A DNA stretch of 64,000 nt from an uncultured delta proteobacterium (GCA_963782055.1 CAWAIF010000003.1:6368001-6432000); one strand, 5' to 3'; counted from the stretch's first letter, positions 50,647 through 62,236 are shown. Numbers and translations are program-made. Notes: a model not told the origin generated them from the letters alone.

Positions 50647-52296
50647 CTACTTGCGGAGCGCGGGGTCCACGTCCAGCCAGCGGACCATCGCGCTGCCCGC
50701 GTGCTGCGCGTAGTCGATGCGGAGCTGCCAGTCGACGAGGCTCCCGGGCATCGCGCCGTAGACCATCGCCGGGTCCGCCATGAGGTGCGCGCTCCGTCCT
50801 CGGAGCTGCTGGCGCATCAGCAAGGCGAGCGAGTGACGAAGCTGATCCTTCAGCGCGGCGCGCTCCGCGGCGGGCACGCCCGCCTTCGTCGCCGCCTCCA
50901 GCGTGGCGACGCCCGCCTCGCACCGGCTGGCGACGGGCGTCAGCCGCGGGGTGACCAGCGGCCCCAGTCCGAGCGCGCCGTCGCAGTCGAAGGCGCAGTC
51001 CCCGGCGTGCAGCTGCAGCCCGCGGTCGTAGGCCTGCCAGCGCAGGCAGAAGTCGAGCGCCTTCGGGTCCGGCGCGCGGTCCCAGAGATCCCCCATCGCC
51101 TGACACGTCCAGTGCTCCTCGCCGAAGTAGTAGCGATCGCCGAAGAAGCTCCAGGCGGGGCCGACGAGGTGCGCGAGGCCCTTCTTCGCGCCCTCGAGGT
51201 AGCGCGGGTCGCCGGTCACCTGGTTGGCGCGCGCCAGCGCGAGCGTGGCCTCGCCGGAGAAGTAGAGGAACTGCACGTCGATGGGGCGGCCGTCCCTGTC
51301 CGCCTGGTGCATGAACTCGCCGTCCGGGCGCTGCTGCGCCAGCAAGAAGTCCGCGAGGCCGCGCACCAGCGAGAGGTAGGTGTCGTCCAGGCCGGCGCGC
51401 ACGATCTCGGAGAAGGCGATGACCGCGAGGGCGGAGGAGCCGATCTCCGCCGGGAAGCCGACGGCGACGCAGGGGTTGCGGCCGCACTTGCGGAGGGCGT
51501 CGTTGCGCATCAGGCCGGCGGCCCGCAGCGCCGCGCTGCGCAGCTCGATGTCGTGGCTGCGGCGGGCGACCTGCGCGACGAAGTACGTCGCCCCCGCGTG
51601 GCGCGGCCAGTCGTAGCCGCTGAGCACCTGGCCGCTGGCGGCGTTGACGAGGTAGTGGAAGTGGCCGTCGTCGGAGACGCCGCGCGCGAGGTAGCGGGCG
51701 GCCTGGTAGGCGCTCATGCGCACGTCGGCGTCGTCGAAGCTGCTCGCCAGGATGGGCATCGGAGGGAGCTGCCCCACCACCGTGCGCTCGGTGCGGATGC
51801 GCCGGAAGGTGGCGCGCTCCTGGACGTCGATGGGCTTCGCCCCGAGCGGACCGGACGCGATCGCCGCGAGCAGCGGCACGTCCACGCCCATGTTGAGGCT
51901 GAGCGCGGGCATGGAGACGCCGTGGTCGTAAGCCTGGTGCGCGACGAGATCGTCGGGGGTGACGTAGGCGGTCTTACCGTCCAGGTCGACGCGCACGCCG
52001 TCGCGGCTCGGCACGAGGGAGAGCGCGAAGAGCGGCTCCGGCCACCGGAGGATGGGGCCCTCACCGACGACGCGCTCGTAGACCAGCGCGCCCTCGGCGG
52101 CGGCGAGCGGCGTCCCGCTCACGTCGGGGCTGGAGACGAGGGCGCGCGCCACCAGCTTGCCGCCCAGCCAGCGCGACGCGATGATGGTGGCCTTCGCCGG
52201 GGGGCGCACCCGCACGGTGCCGCGCACCACCCCGCAGGCGATGACGAGCAGGACGAGCCACCCGCCGAGCAGTCTGGCCAGCCCGCGGGGCGTCAT
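50647..52296 (-). CDS. Exported protein with a probable (alpha/alpha)-barrel domain
   Basis: ATG overlaps the upstream stop. N-terminal hydrophobic segment. Motifs YDWPRHAG, YFSGEA, HWTCQA and RIDYAQH. Confidence 0.8.
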   Translation of the reverse strand: MTPRGLARLLGGWLVLLVIACGVVRGTVRVRPPAKATIIASRWLGGKLVARALVSSPDVSGTPLAAAEGALVYERVVGEGPILRWPEPLFALSLVPSRDGVRVDLDGKTAYVTPDDLVAHQAYDHGVSMPALSLNMGVDVPLLAAIASGPLGAKPIDVQERATFRRIRTERTVVGQLPPMPILASSFDDADVRMSAYQAARYLARGVSDDGHFHYLVNAASGQVLSGYDWPRHAGATYFVAQVARRSHDIELRSAALRAAGLMRNDALRKCGRNPCVAVGFPAEIGSSALAVIAFSEIVRAGLDDTYLSLVRGLADFLLAQQRPDGEFMHQADRDGRPIDVQFLYFSGEATLALARANQVTGDPRYLEGAKKGLAHLVGPAWSFFGDRYYFGEEHWTCQAMGDLWDRAPDPKALDFCLRWQAYDRGLQLHAGDCAFDCDGALGLGPLVTPRLTPVASRCEAGVATLEAATKAGVPAAERAALKDQLRHSLALLMRQQLRGRSAHLMADPAMVYGAMPGSLVDWQLRIDYAQHAGSAMVRWLDVDPALRK

Positions 52297-52763
52297 GACG
52301 CCTTCTCGGATCCCTCCGAGGCGGGGCGCTGCGTGTCGTCCGGCGGCGCGGCGTCCGGGGCGACCGCCGCGCGCGACCAGGGGCCGACCATCACCAGCTC
52401 GACGGCCGGGATGGCCACGAGGTACGGAAGCGCCAGCGCCGCCACCAGGACCAGGATGACCGCGCCGCCCTTGCCCACCGGGCCGTAGATGCCGGAGAGG
52501 TAGCTGGCGGTCACGGCGAGCAGGGTGATGAGCAGGAGGCCCACGCCCAGCGAGACGAAGCTCGCCACCCGGGCGATCGACGCGGCGGCGCGATGGCGCG
52601 CCAGGAGCGCGACGCCGGCCGCGAGCTGCAGCAGGGCGACCGCCGTGGCGGTCACGTCGACCGGCGCCCACCGCGTGGGCAGCGCGCCGTAGACGCCGCC
52701 CAGCACGAGCGCGGCCACGACGAGGTCGAGCACGCCGAAGACGAGCTGCGTCCGCCGGCTCAT
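52293..52763 (-). CDS. Hypothetical 4-TM membrane protein
   Basis: Four hydrophobic segments; starts 11 bp after the pntB stop. Confidence 0.8.
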   Translation of the reverse strand: MSRRTQLVFGVLDLVVAALVLGGVYGALPTRWAPVDVTATAVALLQLAAGVALLARHRAAASIARVASFVSLGVGLLLITLLAVTASYLSGIYGPVGKGGAVILVLVAALALPYLVAIPAVELVMVGPWSRAAVAPDAAPPDDTQRPASEGSEKAS

Positions 52764-52774
52764 GCGCTACCGGA

Positions 52775-54207
<1,433 letters not shown>

Positions 54208-54208
<1 letters not shown>

Positions 54209-55785
54209 CAGCGGCCCGCCTTCTCGGCGGAGCCGCGCCGGAACATCTTGAGCATGCGCTGGGTGACGAGGAAGCCGCCGGCGACGTTGACCATGGCGAG
54301 CAGCACGGCCGCGCCCGCCAGGATGGTGGCGACGTGCAGGCCGCCCGCGCGCAGGAGCAGGACGCCGCCCACCAGGATGATGCCGCTGATGGCGTTGGTG
54401 ACGCTCATCAGCGGGGTGTGCAGGGCGGGGGTCACGTTCCAGATGACGTGCCAGCCGACGACGCACGCGAGCAAGAACACCGTGAGGTGCTCCAGGAACT
54501 GGCTGGGCGCGAAGAGGCCGGCGACGCCGAGCAGGCACGCGATGAGCGCGACGAAGACGAGGCCGACCGTGTTGCTGTGCACCGGCGGGTGGTGCGCCGG
54601 GCCGCCCTTCGGCGTCTCCGGCTGCGGCGCGGCGGAGCGCGGGCGCGGGCGCGACGGCGGCGGCCAGAGCAGCTCGCCCTCGTTGAGCACGACGACGCCG
54701 CGGTGGATCTCGTCCTCCAGGTCCAGGACGATGTCGCTCTTCTCCTCGTCGTAGACGTCCTGGAAGAGGTTGTAGACCGTGGTGGCGTAGAGCTCGCTCG
54801 TCTGCCGGGCCATGCGGCTCGCCAGGTCGGTCGCGCCGATGATCTGCACGCCGAACTTCTCCACCACCTTGTCGCGCTCGGTGAGCATGCAGTTGCCGCC
54901 TTGCTCGGCGGCCAGGTCCACGATGACCGACCCGTGGTGCATGCTGACGACCGCGCCGGAGGTGATGAGCTTGGGCGCGGGCACGCCGGGGATGACGGCG
55001 GTGGTGACGATGATGTCCACGTCCTTGGCGTTCTCGGCGATGAGGGCCTGCTCGGCGGCGAGGTACGCCTCGCTCATCTGCTTGGCGTAGCCGCCCTCCC
55101 CTTCCCCCGACTCCTTGAAGTCGAACTTCAGGAACTGGGCGCCCAGGCTCTCCACCTGCTCGCGGACCGCGGGGCGGGTGTCGAAGGCGCGCACGACGGC
55201 GCCGAGGCTGCGCGCGGCGGCGACGGCGGCGAGCCCGGCGACGCCGGCGCCGATGACCAGCACCTGCGCGGGCTTGACCTTGCCGGCGGCGGTGACCTGC
55301 CCGGGGAAGAAGCGGCCGAAGTGGGCGGCGGCCTCGATGATGGCGCGGTAGCCGACGACGTTGGCCATCGCGCTGAGGGCGTCCATCTTCTGCGCGCGGG
55401 TGATGCGCGGGATGCAGTCCATCGCCAGGACGGTGGCCTTGCGGGCGGCGAGCATCTCCACCAGGTTCTTGTTGATGCCCGGCCAGATGAAGCTGATGAG
55501 GCGGCCGCCCTCCTTGAGCATGTCCGCCTCGTGCTTGCCATCGGGGCGGAGCATCGGCGGGCGCACCTTGAGGACGATGTCCGCCTGCTCGTAGAGCGTG
55601 GCGGCGTCGGGGACGACAGTGGCCCCGAGCTCGGCGTAGGCGCCGTCCTGGAAGTGGGCCGCCTCCCCCGCGCCCGCCTCGACGACGACCTCCAGGCCGA
55701 GCTTTGTGAGCTTCTTGACGACGTCCGGCGTGGCGGCAACGCGCTGTTCCTTGGGGTAGATCTCCTTGGGGATCCCGACTTGCAT
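54208..55785 (-). CDS. pntA: NAD(P) transhydrogenase subunit alpha
   Basis: Motifs PKE...[23 protein letters not shown] and [13 protein letters not shown]. Confidence 0.97.
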
Positions 55786-55971
55786 GGTCCTTTTTTCGCG
55801 CGTTGCCCCCCGGAACCGCGCGACAAAGCTACTCCCGCGCGGCTTCGAGCGAAAGGGCGATCACGCCCTCTGTCGCGGTGGCCGGGTGCTTCAGGTCGCG
55901 ATGCCCCGACGCATGGCGGAGGGCCCGCGTGGGGAGGGCCTCGCCCGGTCCACGCGTTGCCTCACGTCCTG

Positions 55972-57510
55972 TCAGAACTGGCCATAGACGAACGGCTCTG
56001 CCTTCGCGCCCGCCGCCAGGTGCAAGCACAGCGCGACCGCGGCGAGCACGGCGCCCTGCACGACGGCCGGGGTGCGCGCGAAGAGGCCGTGAACGCGTTC
56101 TTCCCAGTCCTTCGGCACGAAGTGCAGGACCATGGCGACGACGACGAGCACGACGACCTTGGCGGGCAGGTTGGTGGTGCCCCACTCCAGCCGGCCGATG
56201 CGAGAGAGCATGAGGCTGGCGTGCGCGAAGGTGGGCGCGCGGAAGAAGATCCAGGCGAAGCACACATACTGGAAGGTGAGGAAGGTGGCCACCGCGTTGC
56301 CGAGCCAGGAGCCACCGGGCGCGGGTGCGCTCGGGCCGCGGCGGGAGGGCAGCGGCGCGCTCTCGCCCTCCGGCGCGAGGCCGGCGGTGGCGCGGCGGGT
56401 GCGCCACCTCTGCCACATGCGCGTGCCGGCGAGCGCCACGCCGTGGAGCGCGCCCCAGATGACGAAGTTCCACGACGCGCCGTGCCACAGGCCGCCGAGG
56501 ACCATGGTGATCATCAGGTTGCGGTACGTCTTCCACGAGCCGAAGCGCGAGCCGCCGAGCGGGATGTACAGGTAGTCGCGCAGCCAGGTGGAGAGCGAGA
56601 TGTGCCACCGGTGCCAGAACTCCTGCAGATTCTTGGAGATGTAGGGGGCGTCGAAGTTCTTCGGAAGCTCGAAGCCGAAGAGGAGCGCGCTGCCGATGGC
56701 GACGTCGGTGTAGCCGGAGAAGTCGGCGTAGATCTGGACGGCGTAGGCGTAGACGGAGACGAGCACCTCCACCGAGGAGAAGCGCTCCGGGTTGTCGAAG
56801 ACGCGCCCGACCATGTTCTGCGCGAGGGTGTCGCCGATGACGATCTTCTTGAGCAGGCCGGTGGCGATGAGCCAGAGGCCGCGCGCCTGCTGCGACTCGT
56901 CGAAGACGGGCTCGCGGTCGAACTGCGGGAGCATCTGCCGCGGGCGCACGATGGGCCCGGCGACGAGGTGCGGGAAGTAGCAGACGAAGAGCAGGTAATC
57001 GAGGTAGCGCCGCGCGGGCAACAGCTCGCGGCGGTACACGTCGATCGTGTAGCTCATCGTCTCGAAGGTGAAGAAGGAGATGCCGAAGGGCAGCACCAGC
57101 CGCAGGTGCACGCGCGAGACGTTCCACCCGGCGGCGTGCGCGAGGTCGGCGAAGGAGTCGACGGCGAAGTTGAAGTACTTGAAGACCGCGAGGACGCCCA
57201 GGTAGTAAAAGACGGAGCAGAGGAGCAGCGCCTTGCGGCCCAGCGGATGCTCGACGCGGCCGAGCGCGCGGCCGATGTAGAAGTCGAGCGTGGAGCCGAG
57301 GAAGATGATCCCGAGGCAGAGCACGCTCCAGGGGATCGCGCCCAGCGGGACCGGCTCGTCGCGCGCGGAGTCGAAGGTGCCGTAGAAGTAGAAGCCGTAG
57401 CTCGCGACGATCAGAAAGAGGATGCGCAGGGTGCGGTGCTTCCGGACGGCCCAGAAGACGACGAAGCACAGGACGAGAAAGACCCCGTAGAGCGGCGAGT
57501 TGAACAGCAC
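55972..57510 (-). CDS. MBOAT O-acyltransferase (AlgI/PatA/DltB family)
   Basis: Motifs MLFNS, LPFGISFFTF, DFSGYTD, FWHRWHISLSTWLRDYLYIPLGG and GLWHGA. Confidence 0.96.
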   Translation of the reverse strand: MLFNSPLYGVFLVLCFVVFWAVRKHRTLRILFLIVASYGFYFYGTFDSARDEPVPLGAIPWSVLCLGIIFLGSTLDFYIGRALGRVEHPLGRKALLLCSVFYYLGVLAVFKYFNFAVDSFADLAHAAGWNVSRVHLRLVLPFGISFFTFETMSYTIDVYRRELLPARRYLDYLLFVCYFPHLVAGPIVRPRQMLPQFDREPVFDESQQARGLWLIATGLLKKIVIGDTLAQNMVGRVFDNPERFSSVEVLVSVYAYAVQIYADFSGYTDVAIGSALLFGFELPKNFDAPYISKNLQEFWHRWHISLSTWLRDYLYIPLGGSRFGSWKTYRNLMITMVLGGLWHGASWNFVIWGALHGVALAGTRMWQRWRTRRATAGLAPEGESAPLPSRRGPSAPAPGGSWLGNAVATFLTFQYVCFAWIFFRAPTFAHASLMLSRIGRLEWGTTNLPAKVVVLVVVAMVLHFVPKDWEERVHGLFARTPAVVQGAVLAAVALCLHLAAGAKAEPFVYGQF

Positions 57511-57604
57511 GGCGCGCCTGCCCTATAGCGCGACTCGCCCCGCGCGTGCGAGACCGATCGCCGGGGCGGGCTCCGGGACGCGCGCCCAGTGCTGGGCCAC
57601 GTCC

Positions 57605-58360
57605 TCAGAAGAGCATCGCGGCGCCGCCGAACTGGAGCGTCGCCCCGGGCGCCTGCGGGATGTCGGCCGTCTTCCAGGCGTCGCCGTCGAGCGTCGCCGA
57701 GAAGACCTCGCCGCTCTCGGTGAAGCCGTAGAGCGTGCCCCTCCACGCGGCGAGGCCGTAGACGTTCTTGTAGGGCACGGGGCCGTAGTTCTTCTTCAAC
57801 GCGCCGCTGTTGGGGTCGGCCTCGACGATGCAGTCACCGCAGCCAGGGCCGCTGACGCTGAGGAAGAGCCGGCCGTCGTAGGTGTAGACGAGGTCGCCGC
57901 TGATGCTGAGCTGGGCGTTGGGGTCGTTGCCCGTCGCGAGCGGGCCGACGTCGCTCGTCGTGCCGTCGGCCATGTTGATCTTGACGTACTCGTTGCCGTA
58001 GTAGCCGACGAGCGTCTCCTGCGCGGGGTCGAGGATGCCGGCCGGCACGAAGGCGAGCGCCACCGGTACGGTCGAGCCGCCCACCTTGGTGCAGGTGCCC
58101 GTCGCCGGGTCGACCTTGTTGAGCGCGCCGTTGGACACCCAGAGGCCACCCTGCTGGTCGATCGCGATGTCCACCGCCTCCGCTGCCTCGCAGCCGGTGA
58201 GGGGGCCGACGGGCGTGGCGGCGAGCGACGCGACGTCCAGCGAGTAGAGGGTGCTCGCGCCGTTGGCGTACACCAGCCTGGGAAGGGGCTCCTCCGGCGT
58301 GCTGTCGCTGCTGCATGCGAGGAGTCCCGCGGCGAGCCCGAGGGCGAGGATGCGGCTCAT
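57605..58360 (-). CDS. Hypothetical beta-propeller-like lipoprotein
   Basis: Lipobox LLAC. Motifs DIAIDQQG, SGDL and YGLA...LYGFT. Confidence 0.82.
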   Translation of the reverse strand: MSRILALGLAAGLLACSSDSTPEEPLPRLVYANGASTLYSLDVASLAATPVGPLTGCEAAEAVDIAIDQQGGLWVSNGALNKVDPATGTCTKVGGSTVPVALAFVPAGILDPAQETLVGYYGNEYVKINMADGTTSDVGPLATGNDPNAQLSISGDLVYTYDGRLFLSVSGPGCGDCIVEADPNSGALKKNYGPVPYKNVYGLAAWRGTLYGFTESGEVFSATLDGDAWKTADIPQAPGATLQFGGAAMLF

Positions 58361-58429
58361 GGCTCGATCCTACGCGAGGCGAGAGGCCGTGACCATGGCG
58401 AGCGCGCGTGCTATCGGCACACGCGGACC

Positions 58430-59935
58430 GTGAGCACGCAGAGCCCCTCGGCGAACGAAACGGCGCCCGCGCCCAAGACGCGCCACCCCCTCGCGCAGAA
58501 GACGACGCGGGCGCTCCTCGTCATGCTTGCCCTGCTGGCGATCCCCTATGCCTCGCCGCGCCTGCGGCGGCTGCGCATCGTGCACGCGCCGTGGGACCAC
58601 ACCGACACCGAGGCCGTCGCCGCGGCGCCGGTGGTCCCGCCGCCGGTCACCACGATGGGGGAGGACCAGCTCGGGGCGACGCAGAACCAGGCGACCGTCA
58701 CCAACTCGCTGCCCGCCGACGACCGGGTGCCCCTGGACGCGGAGGAGCTCGCCAAGGCCGCGGGGTCCATCGCCATCGAGGACGCCACCGGCCACGCGCT
58801 CGACGCCTTCTACGCGCAGCTCGCCCGCACCATCCGCAAGGAGCCCGGCGCCGTCACGCGCATCCTCCACTACGGCGACTCCGTCATCGCGAGCGACTAC
58901 GTCTCCGGCACGATGCGCCGCAAGATGCAGGAGCGCTTCGGCGATGCCGGCCACGGCTTCATCCTCACCGCCAACCCCTGGGAGTGGTACTTCCACAACG
59001 ATGTCTCCCACCGCGCCTCGGGCGGGTGGAGCATGAGTCGCATCACCGGCCCGCTGGTCAAGGACGGCCTCTACGGCCTGGGCGGCGTCTCCTTCCACAC
59101 GCGGCAGACGGCCACCGCCACCTTCAGCACCGTCTCGCGCGGGGACTTTGGCCGCAGCGTCTCGCGCTTCGACGTCTACTACCTGGAGCAGCCGGACGGC
59201 GGCGACTTCCAGATCGAGATCAAGGGCAGCGACCCGGTGCGTGTCTCGACGCGCGGCGACGCCAAGGTCTCGCGCAAGAAGTCGGTGACGGTGCCGGACG
59301 GCCCGGCGTCCATGACGATCCGCACGCTGGGCGGGGGCGACGTGCGCATGTTCGGTGTCGTCATGGAGCGCGACGTCCCCGGCGTGACCTACGACGCCCT
59401 CGGCGCGCTCGGCGGCCGCGCGAGCCTCTGGCACGTCATGGACGCAGCGCACTGGAAGGACCAGATGACGCTGCGCGACCCGTCGCTCATCGTGGTGCAG
59501 TACGGCACCAACGAGAGCGAGGACGGCGGCGTCAACGAGCCGCAGTACCGCAAGTCGCTCGGCGCCCTGCTGGATACGCTGAAGGCGGCCGCGCCCGGTG
59601 TGTCCATCCTGGTCGCCTCGCCGATCGACCGCGCGGAGCGCGACGAGAACGGCCACCTGCGCACGCCGCACGTCATCCTGCGCCTCGTCGCCCTGCAGGA
59701 GGAGATCGCCAAGGCCCACGGCGTCGCCTTCTGGAACACCTTCCAGGCGATGGGCGGCAAGGGATCGATGGCCAAGTGGGTCAAGCGCGGCCTGGGCGGC
59801 GGCGACCTCACGCACCCCTCGCCCGCGGGCGCGACCGTGCTCGGCACCCTCTTCTTCAAGGCGCTCACCACCGGCTACGACGCCTACGCCAGCACGCACA
59901 AGGACGCGCCCATCGTCGACGCCGGCAGCGACTGA
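58430..59935 (+). CDS. Membrane-anchored SGNH/GDSL protein (PatB/AlgJ-like)
   Basis: One TM helix. SGNH blocks YGDS, YGTNE and DLTH. Confidence 0.9.
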   Translation: MSTQSPSANETAPAPKTRHPLAQKTTRALLVMLALLAIPYASPRLRRLRIVHAPWDHTDTEAVAAAPVVPPPVTTMGEDQLGATQNQATVTNSLPADDRVPLDAEELAKAAGSIAIEDATGHALDAFYAQLARTIRKEPGAVTRILHYGDSVIASDYVSGTMRRKMQERFGDAGHGFILTANPWEWYFHNDVSHRASGGWSMSRITGPLVKDGLYGLGGVSFHTRQTATATFSTVSRGDFGRSVSRFDVYYLEQPDGGDFQIEIKGSDPVRVSTRGDAKVSRKKSVTVPDGPASMTIRTLGGGDVRMFGVVMERDVPGVTYDALGALGGRASLWHVMDAAHWKDQMTLRDPSLIVVQYGTNESEDGGVNEPQYRKSLGALLDTLKAAAPGVSILVASPIDRAERDENGHLRTPHVILRLVALQEEIAKAHGVAFWNTFQAMGGKGSMAKWVKRGLGGGDLTHPSPAGATVLGTLFFKALTTGYDAYASTHKDAPIVDAGSD

Positions 59936-59939
59936 CCAG

Positions 59940-59985
59940 CGCGCCCCCGTCCCCCCAGACACCCGCGCCCCCGTCCCCCAGACAC
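59940..59985. repeat. Tandem 23/22-bp C-rich repeat
   Basis: CGCGCCCCCGTCCCCC(C)AGACAC occurs twice, at 59940-59962 and 59964-59985. Confidence 0.85.
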
Positions 59986-60004
59986 ACCACGGCGCACCAG
60001 ACGA

Positions 60005-60270
60005 GGGAGCGCCCGGTGCGAAAACGCAGAAGTGACCGGCGCGCCCTTCCGGGCGGATGACTCTGGCGGAAAATGGACGAAGGTCCCGGTGACTACGAGC
60101 AGAATTTGTAATGCGGCACCCTTCATTTCAGGCACCAGGGGTCCTGCTACCCTCCGCACACGCCACCACTCCACCAGGTTCCGAAGCAGGAGCGCCGACG
60201 ACAGGCGGCTTGCACCGCCCATCCGCGCGACAGCCGTGGTCATGCTACTTTCCGGCGCCTGTCGCCCTCA
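60005..60270 (-). ncRNA. Candidate structured ncRNA, family not recognised
   Basis: Lies between convergent genes. Several helices are extended by G-U pairs only on the minus strand, and CGCCC-GGAA-GGGCG forms a GNRA tetraloop there. Confidence 0.35.
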
Positions 60271-60724
60271 CCGCACACGGCGAATGACGGCACGCGCTTC
60301 GAGTTTTCGACCTCGATCGCCCTCGCCCGCCGTCGAGGCGATGCCTCGTCGTGCAGGGGTGCCGCGTGGTAGCGCGGCGCGGTCCGGGGGCGGGAAAGCA
60401 AGCCCGGCAACAGCGTTCGGCCCGAGGGAGCTCGCTTGCGCTCCTCTCTGTCCCAATCCGCAAGCCCTTTAGCTTTGCAAACTCATGTCATGAAGCCGTC
60501 CTCCATGCAGTGATCCGTTTGTTTCGGCGCGCCCACGCGAGACAGCCGCGTCCAGCTCCGCTCGCGAGTCGGATCTGGTGGTGCGCCTGCAAGCCTCCGA
60601 GCACGAGTCGTGCCGACACGAGAGGCGCGTGCTTGCCGCGCCGCACGACTGGCGACCCTGTCCCCCCTGTCCCCTCCGCCTGTCCCCGGACACCCCCGTC
60701 GCACCCGGCGACAGGCGGGATCCC

Positions 60725-62158
60725 TCAGAGCGGAATGGCGACGAAGGGGGACTGCTCGCCCTCGCCCGAGCCGGCGGGCGGCGCGTCGGACGGGGTGATC
60801 GTGGGGCGCGGCGGAGGCGCGGCGACGGGCGGCAGGTTCTTCTGGGCGCGCCAGTCGGTGTAGGCGCGCAGCAGGTCCGCGGCGAAGAGCTCTCCCAGCA
60901 CCGCGTAGCCATCCCGCGTCATGTGCGTGTGGTCGTGCTGGGCGCGCGGCGGGTCCTCGTCGGCCCAGGTGATCATGGTGCCGGGCCCACCCATCGCGGT
61001 GAGCTGATCGTAGAAGCCGCAGCCCGCGGCCTTGGCCACGCGGCGCTCCACCTGCACGATGTCCTGGACGCGCTGCGAGGGCACCCACGCCTTGCCGCCG
61101 TCCGCCGCGGGGGTATCCGACTCGATGGCGCGGTCCGGTGGGCCGAGCAGCAGGCACGAGGCCGACGGCACCGCCCGCGCGACGCGGCCGAGCGCGTCGA
61201 CGAGCTGCCGCTCGATGAGGTCCATGGATTGATCGTCGGCCGACTCGTTGGTCCCGTAGGCGAGGACGACGAGGTTGGGCGAGCGGTGGCGGATCTGCTC
61301 GGCCATGTGCTGCTCGTTCCACTGCAGCGTCGTCGCGGCGCGCGCGCCGTTGATGCCGAGGGCGTCGTAGACCACGCCCACCTTCGCACGATCGAGCGAG
61401 ACGCCGAAGAAGCGCACCTCGCCGTCGCCCCTGGCGCGCACCTCCAGGCGGTGCGGGCCGTCGGGCACGTCCACCTCCTTGTACGCGGAGGCCGCAGTCT
61501 TCGCGCGGGTGGAGACGCGCGCGGCCGGCAAGCCGTCGACCAGCAGCTCGAAGGACCCGCCCTTCGGCTGCGCGAAGTAGTCCAGCTCGATGCGCGAGGA
61601 GGGCGCCGTCACCTCCGTCCACGCGCGCGCGTTGCGCTTGCTGGTGAGCAGGCACCAGCCGGCGAGCCCGTAGCAGCCGTCGCCCACCAGGTGGCCGTGC
61701 TCCAGCTTGCCGTGCTCCGCCTTCCAGCTGTGCGTCATGCCGGGCGACTTGATGCCCTCCTGGTAGTACGTGCGCCACGGGCGGCCGAGCTCCAGGAAGC
61801 CGCGGCCACCGTCGCCGAAGCGCGCCTGCAGCTCCTGGCGCACCGTCCCGGTCTCCAGGTCGGCGGCGGTGTGCGAGTCGCCGAACTGCAGGACGCGCAC
61901 GTCCTCGGTCGCGGTGCCGTCGTCGACGGCAGCCAGCGCGGTGAAGAAGTGGCCGAGCCGCCCCGCGTTCTCCAGCGGGCTCGCGGGAGGGACGGGCGCC
62001 GGCGCCGCCGCGTCGGTCGCGGCGGCCACCTGCACCGACGCCGCCGGCCGCACGACCGTCGGCGCGCTCACCTGCTCCGGCGTCTGGCCGCGGTCCCCCA
62101 TCGCGGTCGTCTGCCCGCAAGAAATCAGCAGAAACAGCGGCAACAGCGGGCGGCGCAC
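60725..62158 (-). CDS. SGNH/GDSL lipoprotein (PatB/Ape-like)
   Basis: GTG start and lipobox LISC. SGNH blocks FGDSH, GINGA, YGTNE and DHTH. Confidence 0.9.
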   Translation of the reverse strand: MRRPLLPLFLLISCGQTTAMGDRGQTPEQVSAPTVVRPAASVQVAAATDAAAPAPVPPASPLENAGRLGHFFTALAAVDDGTATEDVRVLQFGDSHTAADLETGTVRQELQARFGDGGRGFLELGRPWRTYYQEGIKSPGMTHSWKAEHGKLEHGHLVGDGCYGLAGWCLLTSKRNARAWTEVTAPSSRIELDYFAQPKGGSFELLVDGLPAARVSTRAKTAASAYKEVDVPDGPHRLEVRARGDGEVRFFGVSLDRAKVGVVYDALGINGARAATTLQWNEQHMAEQIRHRSPNLVVLAYGTNESADDQSMDLIERQLVDALGRVARAVPSASCLLLGPPDRAIESDTPAADGGKAWVPSQRVQDIVQVERRVAKAAGCGFYDQLTAMGGPGTMITWADEDPPRAQHDHTHMTRDGYAVLGELFAADLLRAYTDWRAQKNLPPVAAPPPRPTITPSDAPPAGSGEGEQSPFVAIPL

Positions 62159-62236
62159 GACCAAGGGATCCTTGCACGTTACAGCCAGCCGCGCGAGTTT
62201 ATTGCGGAACGGCGAGACTTTCGCCAGGGTGCGCGT

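Noticed and set aside
60020..60140. Fluoride riboswitch, hammerhead or 6S RNA resemblance (GGATGACTCTG; GCGGCACCC)
   Set aside because: The fluoride GGxGATGG 5' element and the hammerhead CUGAUGA/GAAA core are missing. The stem is too short for 6S, and there is no downstream gene on that strand.
60160..60177. tmRNA/tRNA-like 3' end (CTCCACCA)
   Set aside because: No T-arm GGTTCRA upstream and no matching acceptor 5' strand.
59884..60243. 119-aa minus-strand ORF in the SGNH intergenic gap
   Set aside because: It lacks the genome's GC3 bias, runs through the G-tract repeat and overlaps the convergent gene.
60355..60400. TPP riboswitch-like start (GGGGTGCCGCG...CGCGGC)
   Set aside because: Lacks CTGAGA and the GAACCTGA..AGGGA elements.
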